Origin: Rhina ancylostomus
Taxonomy: Eukaryota
DNA length: 64,000 bases
Direction of reading: 5' to 3'
Assembly (NCBI GenBank): GCA_030265395.1
Contig: JARFYF010000060.1
Coordinates: 19,575,714-19,639,713 of the forward strand
Shown: positions 1-12,539 of the stretch, in pieces
Numbering within the stretch: position 1 is the first letter of the stretch
Layout: the number at the start of each line of letters is the position of its first letter
Notes under the pieces: model-generated
What the model was told of the DNA's origin: nothing
The model's database searches: none
Seen by the model: only the letters and a program-made list of their open reading frames with translations
Made by a program: the position numbers and the translations under genes

Positions 1-19
1 ACTTGCCTGACGTCGGTCA

Positions 20-192
20 CACAAGAGACTGCATGTGCTGGAATCAGGAGCAACGCACAAGATGCTGGTGGAACTCCGCGAGTCAAGAAGCATCTGTGGC
101 GGAAGAATGACAGAAACCCTTCATCTGGACTGGTTTTAGTCCAAATGAAAGTTCTCGACCTGAAACATTGACTGATTTCGGTCAGCCTGAGT
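20..192. repeat. Penelope-associated palindromic terminal repeat fragment (degenerate hammerhead-like core)
   Basis: cacaagagactgcatgtgctggaatc...ggaactc...gcatctgtgg motif recurs more than 10 times in the window; short internal palindrome ttcatctggact/agtccaaatgaa; followed by ctcgacctgaaacattgac. Confidence 0.65.
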
Positions 193-509
193 TGATATTA
201 ATTTTGTCACTGCTTGGCCAAATAATGATTGGTGAGGCTTCCTGTTGGAATACTGGGACTTAGATTTGACAGTGATAACCCTTCCCGAAGACTGGCCTGT
301 AAAAATGATTTAGAGCAATTGAGCCTTTTTAATGTTAGTGTGAAATATTTGGAAGCTGTTGTGGTATTAACCTGGAGGTTGAAGTAGAACAAGGGACTAT
401 GTTTTTGTTACCGTGCAGCCATTGAAGTCCTTAATTTATTATTTCTGAACTGTATTGAAAATATTGCCTATTGAGCATTGAGAGGGCTGTGAAATGAGAG
501 CTTTAATTC

Positions 510-590
510 CTAGAGCAAAAAAAACATACTGCTGGAGGAACTCAGTGGGTCAGGTAGCATCTGTGGAGGGAAATGGACAGTCAGCTGTAC
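510..590. repeat. Penelope-associated terminal repeat fragment
   Basis: tgctggaggaactcagtgggtcaggtagcatctgtggagggaaatggacagtc, same family as 20-192 and 62623-62804. Confidence 0.6.
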
Positions 591-654
591 TAGGTCACTT
601 CCTAACTCCTAGCATGGGGATATGCCCTTGAAAACCCTGTTTGAGAGAAGAGGT

Positions 655-1725
655 TGCTGCTCTTTGGGGCTGAAGGATGACCAGTTAACAGAAAACATAA
701 TGGGGATAAATGGGCCAAATTCACGTCACCAAACTGCACCTTGTAAGACACCTTTGGGATCAGTGTGGCGGTGTTGGTTACTTACAATCTATATTAATGA
801 CTTTGAAGGAAACAAATGTTATGTATTCNNNNNNNNNNNNNNNNNNNNNNNNNNNNNNNNNNNNNNNNNNNNNNNNNNNNNNNNNNNNNNNNNNNNNNNN
901 NNNNNNNNNNNNNNNNNNNNNNNNNNNNNNNNNNNNNNNNNNNNNNNNNNNNNNNNNNNNNNNNNNNNNNNNNNNNNNNNNNNNNNNNNNNNNNNNNNNN
1001 NNNNNNNNNNNNNNNNNNNNNNNNNNNNNNNNNNNNNNNNNNNNNNNNNNNNNNNNNNNNNNNNNNNNNNNNNNNNNNNNNNNNNNNNNNNNNNNNNNNN
1101 NNNNNNNNNNNGAATGTAAAAAGGGGGAAGTCTTTTTACAACTGTACAGGATGTTGGTAAAACTGCACCTGGAGTACTGAGTACAGTTTTGCTCTCCTTA
1201 TATGTAGAAGATTTAATTGCTCTGAGGTGCTCATAGGTTCATCAGATAAATTCCTGATAATGAAGGGTTGCAGACCTGGAACAGACTGCTTCTCTTTCCA
1301 TAGATACTACCTGACCTGTTGAGTTTTTACAGCATTTCTGTTCTTGCTTCTAGGGCAAGAGTCTTGTTTATATCGGGGAAAATTGAGCAGAATGAACATG
1401 ACCTTTTGTTCAGAAAATCCAGTGATGATCTCATTGAAATATGCATGTTTCTATGTGAACTTGATAGAGCAGATGCTATGAGAGTGTTTATCAAGTGTAG
1501 GAGTCTAGAGTTCGAGTGCACAATCTCAAAGGGTTGGCCACAAGACTGAGATACGGAGGAATTTCTTCTCTCAGTTTTGAATAATTTGGAATTTTCTAAT
1601 GCAGACAGTTGTGCTTTCATATTTGTGGAGTATGTTCAAGGCTTAAATACGCTTTTGGATTTCAAGGGAATCAGGCAGGAAAATGGAGTTGAGAGTAAAG
1701 ATAAAATCAGCTGGTCTTGGGAAAA
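655..1725 (+). mobile_element. Decayed CR1-type LINE fragment (RT C-terminal half and 3' end), interrupted by an N-gap and a Penelope-type terminal repeat at about 1253-1350
   Basis: Translations LLTIYINDFE and LQLYRMLVKLHLEY match the CR1 RT motifs LFxIYINDL and LYxxLVRPHLEY; many stops and frameshifts. Confidence 0.7.
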
Positions 1726-2331
1726 CTGGAAGAAAGGTGCTGTGACCAATTTAAAATGGCAGTAACTATGCATAATGCTGTATCGTGTAACTGATCATAT
1801 CTTGACCAGAGAGAGGTTGATCGCTGCAGCAACTGTTCATCTTTGGCTGTTCCTATATTTTCAAACCATTATGTGTCACTAAGCTTTTAGTTCATTGCAT
1901 ATTGTATGTCACTGATGTGTTTTTATGGCAGAAAAGTAGGGTCAGATGGGATGATNNNNNNNNNNNNNTGTTAAAGCTTATTCGGTCATAAGCATGTTAC
2001 ATATGTTGTTTGCTTTCTGAACTTGGGTAAAGAGACTAGTTACAGGTTGACGTGAGTGATTTACCTCTGTTTTTGGGTTGTACTTGCAGGGTATGCTGGT
2101 ATTAGGAGACTTGGAAAATGTCTGAAAGAGGAATGATTGAATTCCCTACCAGTTGCTTTGTAGTTGTTCCACTTAAATTCTACTGAATGTTGTGTTTTGG
2201 ATATTCTTTATCATAATTTTAGACAACTGCTGGCCTGTATTTTCGATATTTGGTGTGATTATCCATTTGTCTTGTCCTGCTGGTGTTGGTATTGTAGTCT
2301 TACCAGACCTGGTTGCATATGTGTTTTGCAG

Positions 2332-2492
2332 CTGCTGTGAAGTACTCAAGGCCTCGTCTAGCTACCTTCTGGAAATATGCTCGGGTAGAGCTGAGTCCTC
2401 CAACCCCTGGTGAAATCCCTGTGGCTGTTGAAAGCTTCAAGGGTCTTGTTGCATCATTCAAGGCTGGAAGTTACAAACAAGTAACTGTCAAG
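2332..2492 (+). CDS. ATP5MG: ATP synthase membrane subunit g (ATP5L), exon 2; exon 1 not found in the window, presumably upstream
   Basis: tttgcag|CTGCTGTG...GTCAAG|gtaact; 161 nt, phase 1 to 0; encodes AAVKYSRPRLATFWKYARVELSPPTPGEIP...YKQVTVK, the vertebrate subunit g signature; length matches human exon 2 as I recall it. Confidence 0.96.
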
Positions 2493-5373
2493 GTAACTAA
2501 GAGTTGAGAAGTACTTTTTATTCATGGCAGCTTCAGTCTGTGTATTGAAAGATAAAAAACGCACACTACTTGAGGTAATTTCTCACTTATCAAACTGACT
2601 TGCACAGTGTATCTAATTTTTAGTTCATTACCTTGCAGCTGTTTAACAGAATAGCTTCCAAGGTATAATACCTCTTCACTGAAAATTTTATATAGTTGAT
2701 TTCTTTTAAAATTATTTTGTAGCCTTTAGATTACAGTAACTCATGTTTTTACTTATGTTGTATTTGTTTCCTTGCCCAGTTCCTATAAATCTATTTACTA
2801 ATCACTCTGATTGTGGAATTGATTTGCACCATCAAAACACTTCATGGTTTGAAATATTATCAAATCACTACTCCAAAGAAAACTGTTTCTGTTTCTCTAA
2901 TCACCCCAAATACAATTGCTTCATCATTGGTATCATTTCACATCCTCTCCTACTTCAATGCTTTGTCAAGGATTAATACCGTGTGATGCTAGAAGTGGCC
3001 ACATTATTCCATTTGGTGGCTAGCTATTATTTCGTAAAAAATGTTGCATAATTTGTTTTTGTAGTTGACCTCTATTAGCAAAGCTGAGGATCCCTTATGC
3101 ATTTGTAACTATCTTCTCTGCTTAAGATTTAATGGTATACATTCCCAAGTCTTTGTTTTACCCCATTGAAATTGCATAATTTCATTCATATTGCTCTTCT
3201 TCTGTGGGTTCCTACTGACAGTCACAAGGAATCCTAGTTTATTTGTCAATAGGTTGTTATATACTTTAAAATTCCATAATGTTTAAATTAATAAAGCTTG
3301 GGCAAAAGTGATGGGCAAGATGCTCCCTATCTCTTACTCCCAGAGATACAGCTGAAGACTGCTACAGTAACATGTTTCTGCTAAATGCACTTAAGAGATG
3401 GACTAGTTGTTTAATTCTTTATCCCACCTTTTTCTTGGCCTTTACAATCTGTTTGATACTGAGAACCCTGTCTGGCATGGACACAGATGAAATACCTTCT
3501 GTGGTCCTGCTTGTATGATTGATTTTCATTTGGCCTAAATTGCAATGTAACTTTGGGGAAAACTTGACTACCAGTATTAAGATATTGTACATTGATTTGA
3601 ATATCAAGCATTAGGATAACTTGATGGATGAATAGTTAGCTTGGAAACAAATGGTAGTTCAGTTTTGTCAGCATCAGCTGCTGCTGGAAGAAAAACAGGT
3701 CAGGGATGTCACTTAACGAACATGTTCAGCCTATACCAGCAATTTACTAAGAAAGGTAACATTTTCTCTTTTAAATACTTTATTTAATTTTAATTTAATG
3801 TTAAAAGTAATCTGATAGATAGTTGCACCATCTGGTGATGGATGGAGCCATAAGGTTCCAGTCTTGTTATCTGCGTGGTGGTGAACGAGCTTATCTCTGC
3901 TCTGGAGCAGTTAATAAGAATGGAGTGGTGTCCCTGGGTGAAAGAAGACACTGGGATCTGCCAGCATTCTTATTCATTGCTAAATAATTCCTACTGGAAA
4001 ATGTGTTGACTGGGGAAAGTACTAGAATATATTTCATATCCCTGCTCCTTATTTCTCCATTTGTCAGGTCCCTTGTCATCATTTCTTAGTTTCTATGAAA
4101 ATGTGCCTACTGATGCCTCTGGAACTTTTTCCCATAGAGTGGGGACAAGATAACAAACTCTTTTCGTCAATGCTGGCAGCCCTGGCTTCTAAGTTGTAAC
4201 GCAAGAGCGGGTCGCAAAATAAGTCACTTAATTTAGTTGCGTTTCATCAGGTCTTGTTTTTGTTAATTAGTGTATCTATCTATGTGTAATGAGTGAACAG
4301 CTATATTTATGTGCAATATAAATAATATTTCTTAGTAGAATTAGAATTGAAGGATTTAATTTTCACAAAGTGCAATCTCATAGCCAAAGTGATATGATAT
4401 AAGCATATTATTCAAAGTTTCCTGACTCCCATAGCTAATCTGTTAGAGTAGTTTCACCTAAACTTGAGATTAATGAGAAAATTGTTGTGACATCCCTTTT
4501 CTCTGAGAAGATATTATTTTTCGGAGTTTGTAGTCTGTCATTGTTGTCTTTCTCATTCATATGTAAATAGTCTGTGCCATCTGTTCTTGCCGGCTGACAT
4601 TGCAGGTTCTGGAATGAGAACTGGTTAAGTAAACTATATAAGTTATATAAATCTGATATTTGGATTTCATCTTATGTGAGAACATTGATAGAAGACAAAT
4701 ATAGGAGGAGTCAACTTCAGGATTATGAAATTTTATGGCTACACAATTTATTTAGGTCAGTCCTGGGTGAATGAGTCAAAATTGGTCTGATTTCCCCTCC
4801 CTACTAATAATTGGATCTTAACAAACGTTGTTTATAGGAAAATTTTTACACACAGCTGTTTCCCCTGATTTCTAGGGTTTACACTGTGCAAAGAAAGACC
4901 AGCTGAAGGGGTTAATTTGCATATGAATTGAGATGTCAACAATAGATAGCAGTTTGAGAATTGCATTCAAATCTCCAGGGTGGTTTCATGTTGGAAAGCG
5001 TCAGTATTGAAAATCCTTTTTTAAAAAATGGGGATGAAATTTTTGTTGCCTATAAATTTATTAAATCAACAATCAACATTCAGGAAACTTAATGTCCTTG
5101 AGGATCAAACACTTGATATCCATGTTAAGTTCAAGGCTTACAGTATTGTGTTGTACTCTAGCTAGTTCTTTCTTGGGACCTAACTCTCTCCTTTCCACAA
5201 TTTTCAGGCTTTTAACATTTGAACATACTATGATTNNNNNNNNNNNNNNNNNNNNNNNNNNNNNNNNNNNNNNNNNNNNNNNNNNNNNNNNNNNNNNNNN
5301 NNNNNNNNNNNNNNNNNNNNNNNNNNNNNNNNNNNACTATGATTACATTCATTTTTTCCTTTCTCTTTTGCAG

Positions 5374-5472
5374 GATGCCGTGAGGAACACACTGGTGGCC
5401 ACTGAAGTTCTGATGTGGTTTTACATCGGTGAGGTCATTGGCCGGGGAAGCTTGATTGGATATAATGTCTGA
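5374..5472 (+). CDS. ATP5MG: ATP synthase membrane subunit g, last coding exon
   Basis: Polypyrimidine tract and ttgcag|GATGCC; 99 nt DAVRNTLVATEVLMWFYIGEVIGRGSLIGYNV-stop, containing the GxxxG (GEVIG) dimerisation motif. Confidence 0.97.
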   Translation, partial: DAVRNTLVATEVLMWFYIGEVIGRGSLIGYNV

Positions 5473-5528
5473 ACTTTCTTCTTGACCCAGCATTCCATTG
5501 TATATGAATGAACATAACATATTTCAAA

Positions 5529-5538
5529 AATAAATAAA
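5529..5538 (+). terminator. Polyadenylation signal of ATP5MG (two overlapping AATAAA)
   Basis: aataaataaa about 57 nt after the stop codon. Confidence 0.75.
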
Positions 5539-8500
5539 CCTATTATTAAGACTTGGAACACTGGTACTGCCTTCTGCTTCATGCACTGCACTTTTGATGA
5601 ATCATTTTATGCTAATCACAATATGTGTACTGGGATATTTTGATGTTTCTGACACTCGTTGGCAGACTGTGGCACTACCATTAGATTTAAGGAAGGCACA
5701 AGATCCATTTATTTCACTCCAGTTATGTCAAAACACTAATCTAACTGTAGCCGATGCTGCACTAGGGTGATAATTTAAAAACTGCCCTGAATTAGGGCAA
5801 TTCTGTTCTAGCGTCACTGGATTATGTGGGCATTGGTAAACAGATTTACTTGAAGTTCTTAAAGAGGCATAGTAGAATTTTGTCTGTTGTAGTTTGACAT
5901 CCATCTGGAATCTCAAAAGCTGAAGCAGTTGCCTAAATGTTTTAAACCTTCATCTAAACATCTGATGTCCAATGGTTAGAAAATAATATGTTTGTGGATT
6001 CTGATTGTTGATAATTCACTAATTTGCCTTAAATCTAGTGTTTGATCCAAAAAATATTTTCTTTTGATTCTCTGGAATAAAAGATAATGTGGGAACGATT
6101 TCAACACTTAATTGTCAATCTTTGGAAGTTTTAGGAAAGGAAGGATGTTTGAACTCCAGAGTTACTGGTGCACCCTCTTTGCTGGACCTTCATTAGCTGG
6201 AATTGTGGTGAGATGAGGTAAGTAAAACTTGGTTTGTTGAGACAATGAAGCTAAAAGTTCTGTCTTTTGGCCTGGTTTAGAAATATGGGATCTCCCTTAA
6301 AGATAAAAAGGGTGAGGGTGGGACGGCGTCTTCCTGTGGCTTTTTTGCAAGCTGAAAATTTTAAGATGAGCCTTAATTTCTTGGCTGTGCATCAGTACAG
6401 GAAACAGTAAATTTTCAGGAAGGTGCCCACGATGGGAAGTTGGGGTAGAATTCCCTAGATCTAGTTTCTTTGAGATAGAGCATTTACTGTGTTTAGAGGG
6501 AACAAGTGAATAAAATTTAAGAAATTGTTGAATGTTGTAAAGGGCAAGGATGCAAGAGGAAGGGCCCCATACCCACCTACAAAGAGTGCAAAAGTGAAAC
6601 TTATGGTATACTGGGGGGATAAATCCACATGTTCACTTTGTAGAGTTAAGTTGAGGGAGATAGCTTTTGGTGCAAAGGGAGTTTTATCGGAGATGTCTGA
6701 CAAATGGATCAAGAATGTCAGTGGGTGAAGGACATGTGACAAAAGGCTATCTGACACTAGCAATATAGAAGAACATACTGTTTTGGAAGATTTGAAAAAG
6801 ACACTTGTCCAAAGTGTGGAGAAGGTCTGAATATTGTGATTTCTCTTGCCCATCACATGGCAATTGGAGGATGTGGCATTGAAAACTGTGATCATTGTGT
6901 GGTGTGCTTATAATGTGCTGCACTGAATTTGCAACAGTGATAAATAATGGATCTAGGGAAAAGTGATGAGTTGGGCTTCAGTTACTGCTTACTACTAGTA
7001 ATACATTCTTAGCATAGCTGGAGTTACTTAATTGGTTTCAACAGTTCTGGAATGACAACAAGAGATTATTTTCCCCCAGGACTGAGTTTTAAAAAGAGAA
7101 TGGGCCATGTGGATAGTTGAAATGTACAGTGGGCCCAATGCTGCATGATTCAGTGATTAAACACTTTTTTATTGAATCTTGATGGGGATTGCCTCAGGTT
7201 TTCCAGTCTTCGGATTAATACCAATTCAGTCATCTTCATTGATTTTCTCAGAATATGGTCTGCAATCTGCATAAACCTTCATGGATAAGATGTTGAAATC
7301 TCTGGGTGCTGCCAGTGTTGGAATATTGCTACCTACCACTATGAAGTACTTGAGCAAATAAGAAGTACTGGCATTTGCCAACCTACCTGTACTTACGATA
7401 TTCCCATTGGGATACCCAATTGCAACCATCACAATTAGTTGTGATTCTCTAGTTAGTGTCTGTGACTTCTCTGCAGCAATCATCATTTACCAATTAACTT
7501 CTTTCCAATATTTTCAACAAATGTGAGTATTCTAGCATTTTATAATTGGGATGCAGTTTAGTGGTGGTTGAGCGGATATGGAAATCCTTGGAATAACCAG
7601 TTTTGTACATAATTTGAATTGACAGGCTCAGCCATATCCCCTGCTCCCCCAACCCAAATCAAACACACATGCTATGCAAGTAATCCGTGATTGTACTTTA
7701 CAGGTTCTCGGATTGTAGATTTAAGTTGTGAAATAAGGTTCTCCCTGGTACCACTTGCTTTATTTTCTTCTAAAGGTATTATTTTAAGATATTGATTCAT
7801 GATGCAGTTCCGTAGCTATTAGTAATCTGGTATCTGGTAAAGACCGTTTTTAAATTCCAAATAGAACATAAAGTATTTATCCAGGTCCTGAGCCCCTTCT
7901 GGCAATCATCTAATGTGTAGGTTTACTTCATTACCTACCATGGATCTCTATCTCTCGAAACCCTTAAGTCTAATAGATTTTGGGACTCCGTCTGGTCCTG
8001 GAAAGATTGATGCATCGGTTTAATGTAATGTCAAACCAGGGCAGTTTGAGTTGGCATTAATGGCACTGTTCCTGACAATTTTCTGATTGACATGCACTGA
8101 AAATCCTATTAACCAGTGTTTCCATGAAGTTTGTGGGATCCTGCAGCAGTTGCCAACTTCATTTGCTGTACTGCAAAGTAATTCAGAGTACATTAAGTGC
8201 TTTGAGAGGCTTTTTAAAACAATTCAAGTTTCTATCTGGATTAGGACTTTGTGTCATTTAATCAGTGAGTTATGATTCAGGACCAACACTCTTTAAACTG
8301 TTAAATGGTGAAGAGGGCCTGCCACTTCAAGGCAATTGTTTTAAAAACTAAAAGTGGGTCTGTGACCTTTATTTCCTCCTCGTACCTACATTTATAAGGT
8401 ACTCAGACACTAAGTGCATTGTTCTCAATTTAAAGACTCAGATATAAAAGGTGAGGTTGTACCAAGAGATCGTTGAGCAAAGATGAATTGGAAAGCATCT

Positions 8501-9599
8501 GGGATGATTGCATTACTATTGTAAGTATTTAAGAGTTATCATTATCAGTTTTATCTAGGCATGTAGATGCAGCATAAGTTCTCCATAAAGGTCACAGTAA
8601 ATTTTTACATATGTTTTTGGGTATCATCTTTGCCTCAAGGGTATATTTTAAGTACAATTCTTACCATGTACATACAAAATGTGATTCAGTTGGTGGAGGC
8701 TACAAATGCTGCCGTGCTCATGAGCAAGACCTGAAAAGTGGCTTAAATTTTTGTCCAAGCTGAAGGGAAACATCTCATAATGCACTCATCCTTTTTCTTC
8801 TCCCCTGGCCTTACATAATTCCATTGCATTTGTTAACATTGGACTCTGTTTCCGTGCCCCCAATTTGTTCTTGGGTATTGTATCCTTGCTAGTGAATGGT
8901 TCCATGAGGCTGCCAACCTTTTGAGTATGACCCAAATGATTTTTGCCTGTGTGTCACAAAAAAGTGACATTTTTAAATTGAGAGGGGAGAGGACATTACC
9001 AAGGCTGATTTTTTTTTTGATTCTGCATGCCTGGTGCTCGTATGTACTTCTCTGTAGGATTTTGTTCAGGATACTGGCTTTTTTCTTTATCTCCATTGTG
9101 AATGTATAAAATTTAATTGGTATGCTCTCTTAGCCTTCCTGTGTGAGACCAACTAACTACATAAATGAAGTTCAAAACTGAACACTGGCTTCACATAATT
9201 GTGGATTTGCTCACTGACCAATGGTGGCGATCAATGTTTCATATTCTACGTAGCTCATGTTAGCACATGATTTGATGCTCTTTTGCTGTTCCCTTGTAAC
9301 TTTCCTGTTCCAGATATCAAGTTAGTTAAATTTTGTAACTTCAATTCTTTTATACTTTGAGCTTATTGTGAGTTCTAGGGCAACTTTTACATATTTTAAG
9401 TTCAATTGTGCAGTTGTTTTGTGGATTGATTAATTTAAAGTGCTTGTGTTGCTCTTCCAGCTTTTGCACCCGGCCGCAACACTTTTCTGGATACCTGAAA
9501 TTGGAGCACTGTATATCATTGCCTACAGGCCAAGTATTATTGTGAGAATGAACCATACAGGATCTTAAGTATTAAACAAATAATTTGAATAGACTTGAA

Positions 9600-10930
9600 A
9601 ATTTACAACACAGGAGGAGGGCATCCTGTCTACTGGTTGATTAAAGAGCTATCTAACCTAATCCCAGTTCTTGATCCATTGCCCTACGGGCAGTGGCTCT
9701 TCAAAAACACATCCAGGCATTTTTTTAAATGATGTGAGGCAGTTTCTGCTTCTACCACCAGTGAGCTTCATACCCCTACTAGTGCTTGGCTTAAAAAAAA
9801 GCTCTTCCCCCTGCCAATTAAATCTTTAACATCTCAGCTAAGGGAAGTAGGTTGCTGTTTATTTTGCTTGAGTTTTTCTTTCCTATATTTATATTGTGTA
9901 TATATTAATGTCAATGAAGTTTGCCCTCTGCTCCAAAGAAAACAACCACAGCCTACTCTATCTTTCATTCTGGCTATAACTTTACATTCCTCAAATCTCA
10001 TCAGCCTCTAGTGTCATAATCATTCAGCACGGAAGTAGGCCCTTTGGCTCAACTTGTCCATGCTGACCAAGCTGTCTGTCTGAGAGTCCCATTTTTCCTA
10101 TATCCCTCTAATCCTTTTCTATCCATGTACCTGTCCAAATGTCTTAAATCTCATAAATGTACTGCTTCTACCACTTCCTCTGGCAGCTCATTCCATTTAC
10201 CCTCCACCATCTGTATGGAAAAAGTTGCCCCTTGGTTCCTTTTTAAATCTTTACCCTCTCACCTTAAGTCAATGTCCTCTAGTTTTAGACTCCTCCACCC
10301 TGGGAAAGACTATGACCATGCACCTTATCTACACCCTCATGATTTTGTATATCTCTATAAGGTCACCCCTCAGCCTCCCACGCTCCAGGGGAAAAATGTC
10401 TCAGCCTCTCCTTGTAGCCCAAGCCCTCCAGTCCAGTAACATCCTCGTGAATCTTTTTTGCATCCTTTCCAGCTTAATGACATCTTTCCGATTGCTGGGC
10501 AACCAGCACCTAGCTGGTTTTCTCATAACATGGGAATGAGAACTGTACACGTACTTTAACTGTGGCCTAACAAGCATTGAACACAATTCCATCATAACTT
10601 TTCTGCTCTTAGATTGTTTTGATAAATAAAGGAAAACATTTGATATGCTTTTGTTTTAACCACCTTTATCAATAGATCCTGTTATCTTTTAAGCACGTAG
10701 CCATACACTCTACGCTTCTCATTATCCTCTCATTCATTCACTTGTTTTATTGCTTCTCCCAAAGTGTATTTCGTTGCACTTTGGATTACATTCTGTTTGC
10801 CACTTTTCTGCTCATCTAACCAGAAGATCTGTTTTCTACTGAAGTTGAATGCTTTCCTCCTCCCTGCAGACCATATGGCCAACTTTTGTATCATCTGCCA
10901 ACTTCTTTATTATGCCCCCCTACATTTAGT
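9600..10930 (-). mobile_element. Stacked CR1-type LINE 3' fragments
   Basis: Minus-strand ORF 10401-10595 MLVRPQLKY...RKDVIKLERMQKRFTRML (CR1 C-terminal region); 3' tail cagcacggaagtaggccctttggc at about 10025 matches the other CR1 tails in the window. Confidence 0.8.
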
Positions 10931-11794
10931 TGTGTCCCAAAGCTGTCTGAAAATTTTATTGAAAATTTGGAGATCAAGGTGGCAATTTAGGTCCTAGCCT
11001 GTGCCATTAGCTGTCCTCCCCAGGGAGCCAATGCTGCTATAATTGATCTTGGCTTCCTTCCCATTGCCATTTGTGAGATGATAGATCATATGATAAGTTC
11101 CTCCAGTACTGAAGGAAGGTGTATGCTTGATACTTTTGGTGGGTTTCCCCTGTTTGCCATGCTATTTAGACTGTATATCATTTACAAAATATTCTTGGTG
11201 AAGAAATAGGGAAGCATGTGAAGGTTATTGATGCCCATAGAGAACTTCATGGCAATTTTTCAGTAACTTGAAGGGTGAGGAGTGAATGCAGTGTTTTTGT
11301 ACACATCTATCATGTAGAAATATTGCTGATCCTTAATTTTTCTGTTTTCCTGTAAGGGAAAACACATTTCCAGTATCAATGATTTGCTTCTCAAAGCAGA
11401 GAATTTACCTGTAATTCCATGCAACAAAAATCTAGAAAATTATTAGTATGCCAAAGTGGGAGTTACAGCTATGCATCCAACTGGCAAGAGAACTAATACC
11501 TCCCAGTGCCTGTCCAACCCTTTCTAGCATTTAAGGCATTGGCTTTCATAGGAAAACTGGAGCTTATTGGGAAGAATGCAGTCCAACAGGTTTAAGCTAT
11601 GGTCTGCTACCAACTAATCAGCCAGCTGGTAGCTGGCTGTTAAGTTATTAGTGATGCTCTCAGTGATTTATCGGCTTTATGAAGCATCACCATCCTTGAT
11701 TTTTTCCCCCCCCTCGAGTGTTTGGAAACCAGGAAGTTTGTTCCTTCCCACTTCTGAACTTCTTGCACTTGGTTTAGAAATTGATGGGGTTGGC

Positions 11795-11818
11795 TGGGGG
11801 GGGGGGGGGGGGGGGGGG
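11795..11818 (+). repeat. Poly-G run abutting an assembly gap
   Basis: About 24 consecutive G followed by Ns. Confidence 0.8.
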
Positions 11819-12180
11819 NNNNNNNNNNNNNNNNNNNNNNNNNNNTCTTTAGGCATGTTATGAAAAAAATACGTTGTTTTCATATCTTCTAAGCAGGTTG
11901 CCATTAAAATGTGCTTCCTACCTAATAAGAATTGCATGGTACTTTTTGAATTGACTACCATGCAGCTTTTTTTTGTAGATTTCCGGGGGAACAGAAGGTA
12001 GTCACTGCGCGATCAATGGAAAATTGAAAGTATTCTTCCCTCGCCGCGAAAGGGGACATTGCGTCCAGACTCTGCTCTTATCAATAGATGATAGTGTGTG
12101 GGGCGGGGGGCTTCCATCTGTTCATGTGTTTAACTTTAAAAGCGTCTGCGTCTCAATTTGCATCTTAGCCCAGCCCTGTT

Positions 12181-12203
12181 TCTCTCTCTCTCTCTCTCTC
12201 TCT
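12181..12203 (+). repeat. (TC)n microsatellite
   Basis: Perfect tctctc... run of about 11 units. Confidence 0.9.
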
Positions 12204-12539
12204 GCGTTGATGCTTTCCAAGTTGCGCCACAGCACACTGGCAGCTGGAGTGCAAGTACCAGAAGTGTTAGATTTGGATACTGCTGCTCTCTTAACTCAAA
12301 CAACTTCCACAGGGCACGTTTATTCCGTCTGTGCCCACGCCAGAAAATGGTCTTAACTGCAACTGATTTAATTAATTGCACGCATGCAAACATTAAAATG
12401 ACATTTTTGGAATGGCTGCGTTTCTGTGCAATGCTTCTACTAGTCCACTCCATTCGGAGTGCAAGCAATTTATTTTTATGTATATACATTTAATATTTTC
12501 GAGTTATATTCTAGAATTCCCCGTGGACCCTGGACAGTG

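Noticed and set aside
622-1180. Long ORFs spanning N-runs (also 26669-27552, 51188-51492, 53128-53552, 62291-62839)
   Set aside because: Open only because Ns contain no stop codons; flanks are repeats or microsatellite
6761-6913. Short Cys/His-rich frame QYRR...CPKCGEGLNIVISLAHHMAIGGCGIENCDHCVVCL resembling a zinc finger
   Set aside because: About 50 codons between stops, no start or splice context and no recognisable family; likely chance or a very old TE remnant
6461-7486. Minus-strand ORFs of 144 aa and 86 aa in the intergenic spacer (possible viral insert or hidden gene)
   Set aside because: No motif I can recognise and no consistent exon structure; a BLASTX search would be needed to reopen this
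9350-9556. KLEEQH motif reminiscent of the Penelope C-terminus
   Set aside because: Only a 6-residue match with non-matching flanks; too weak to call
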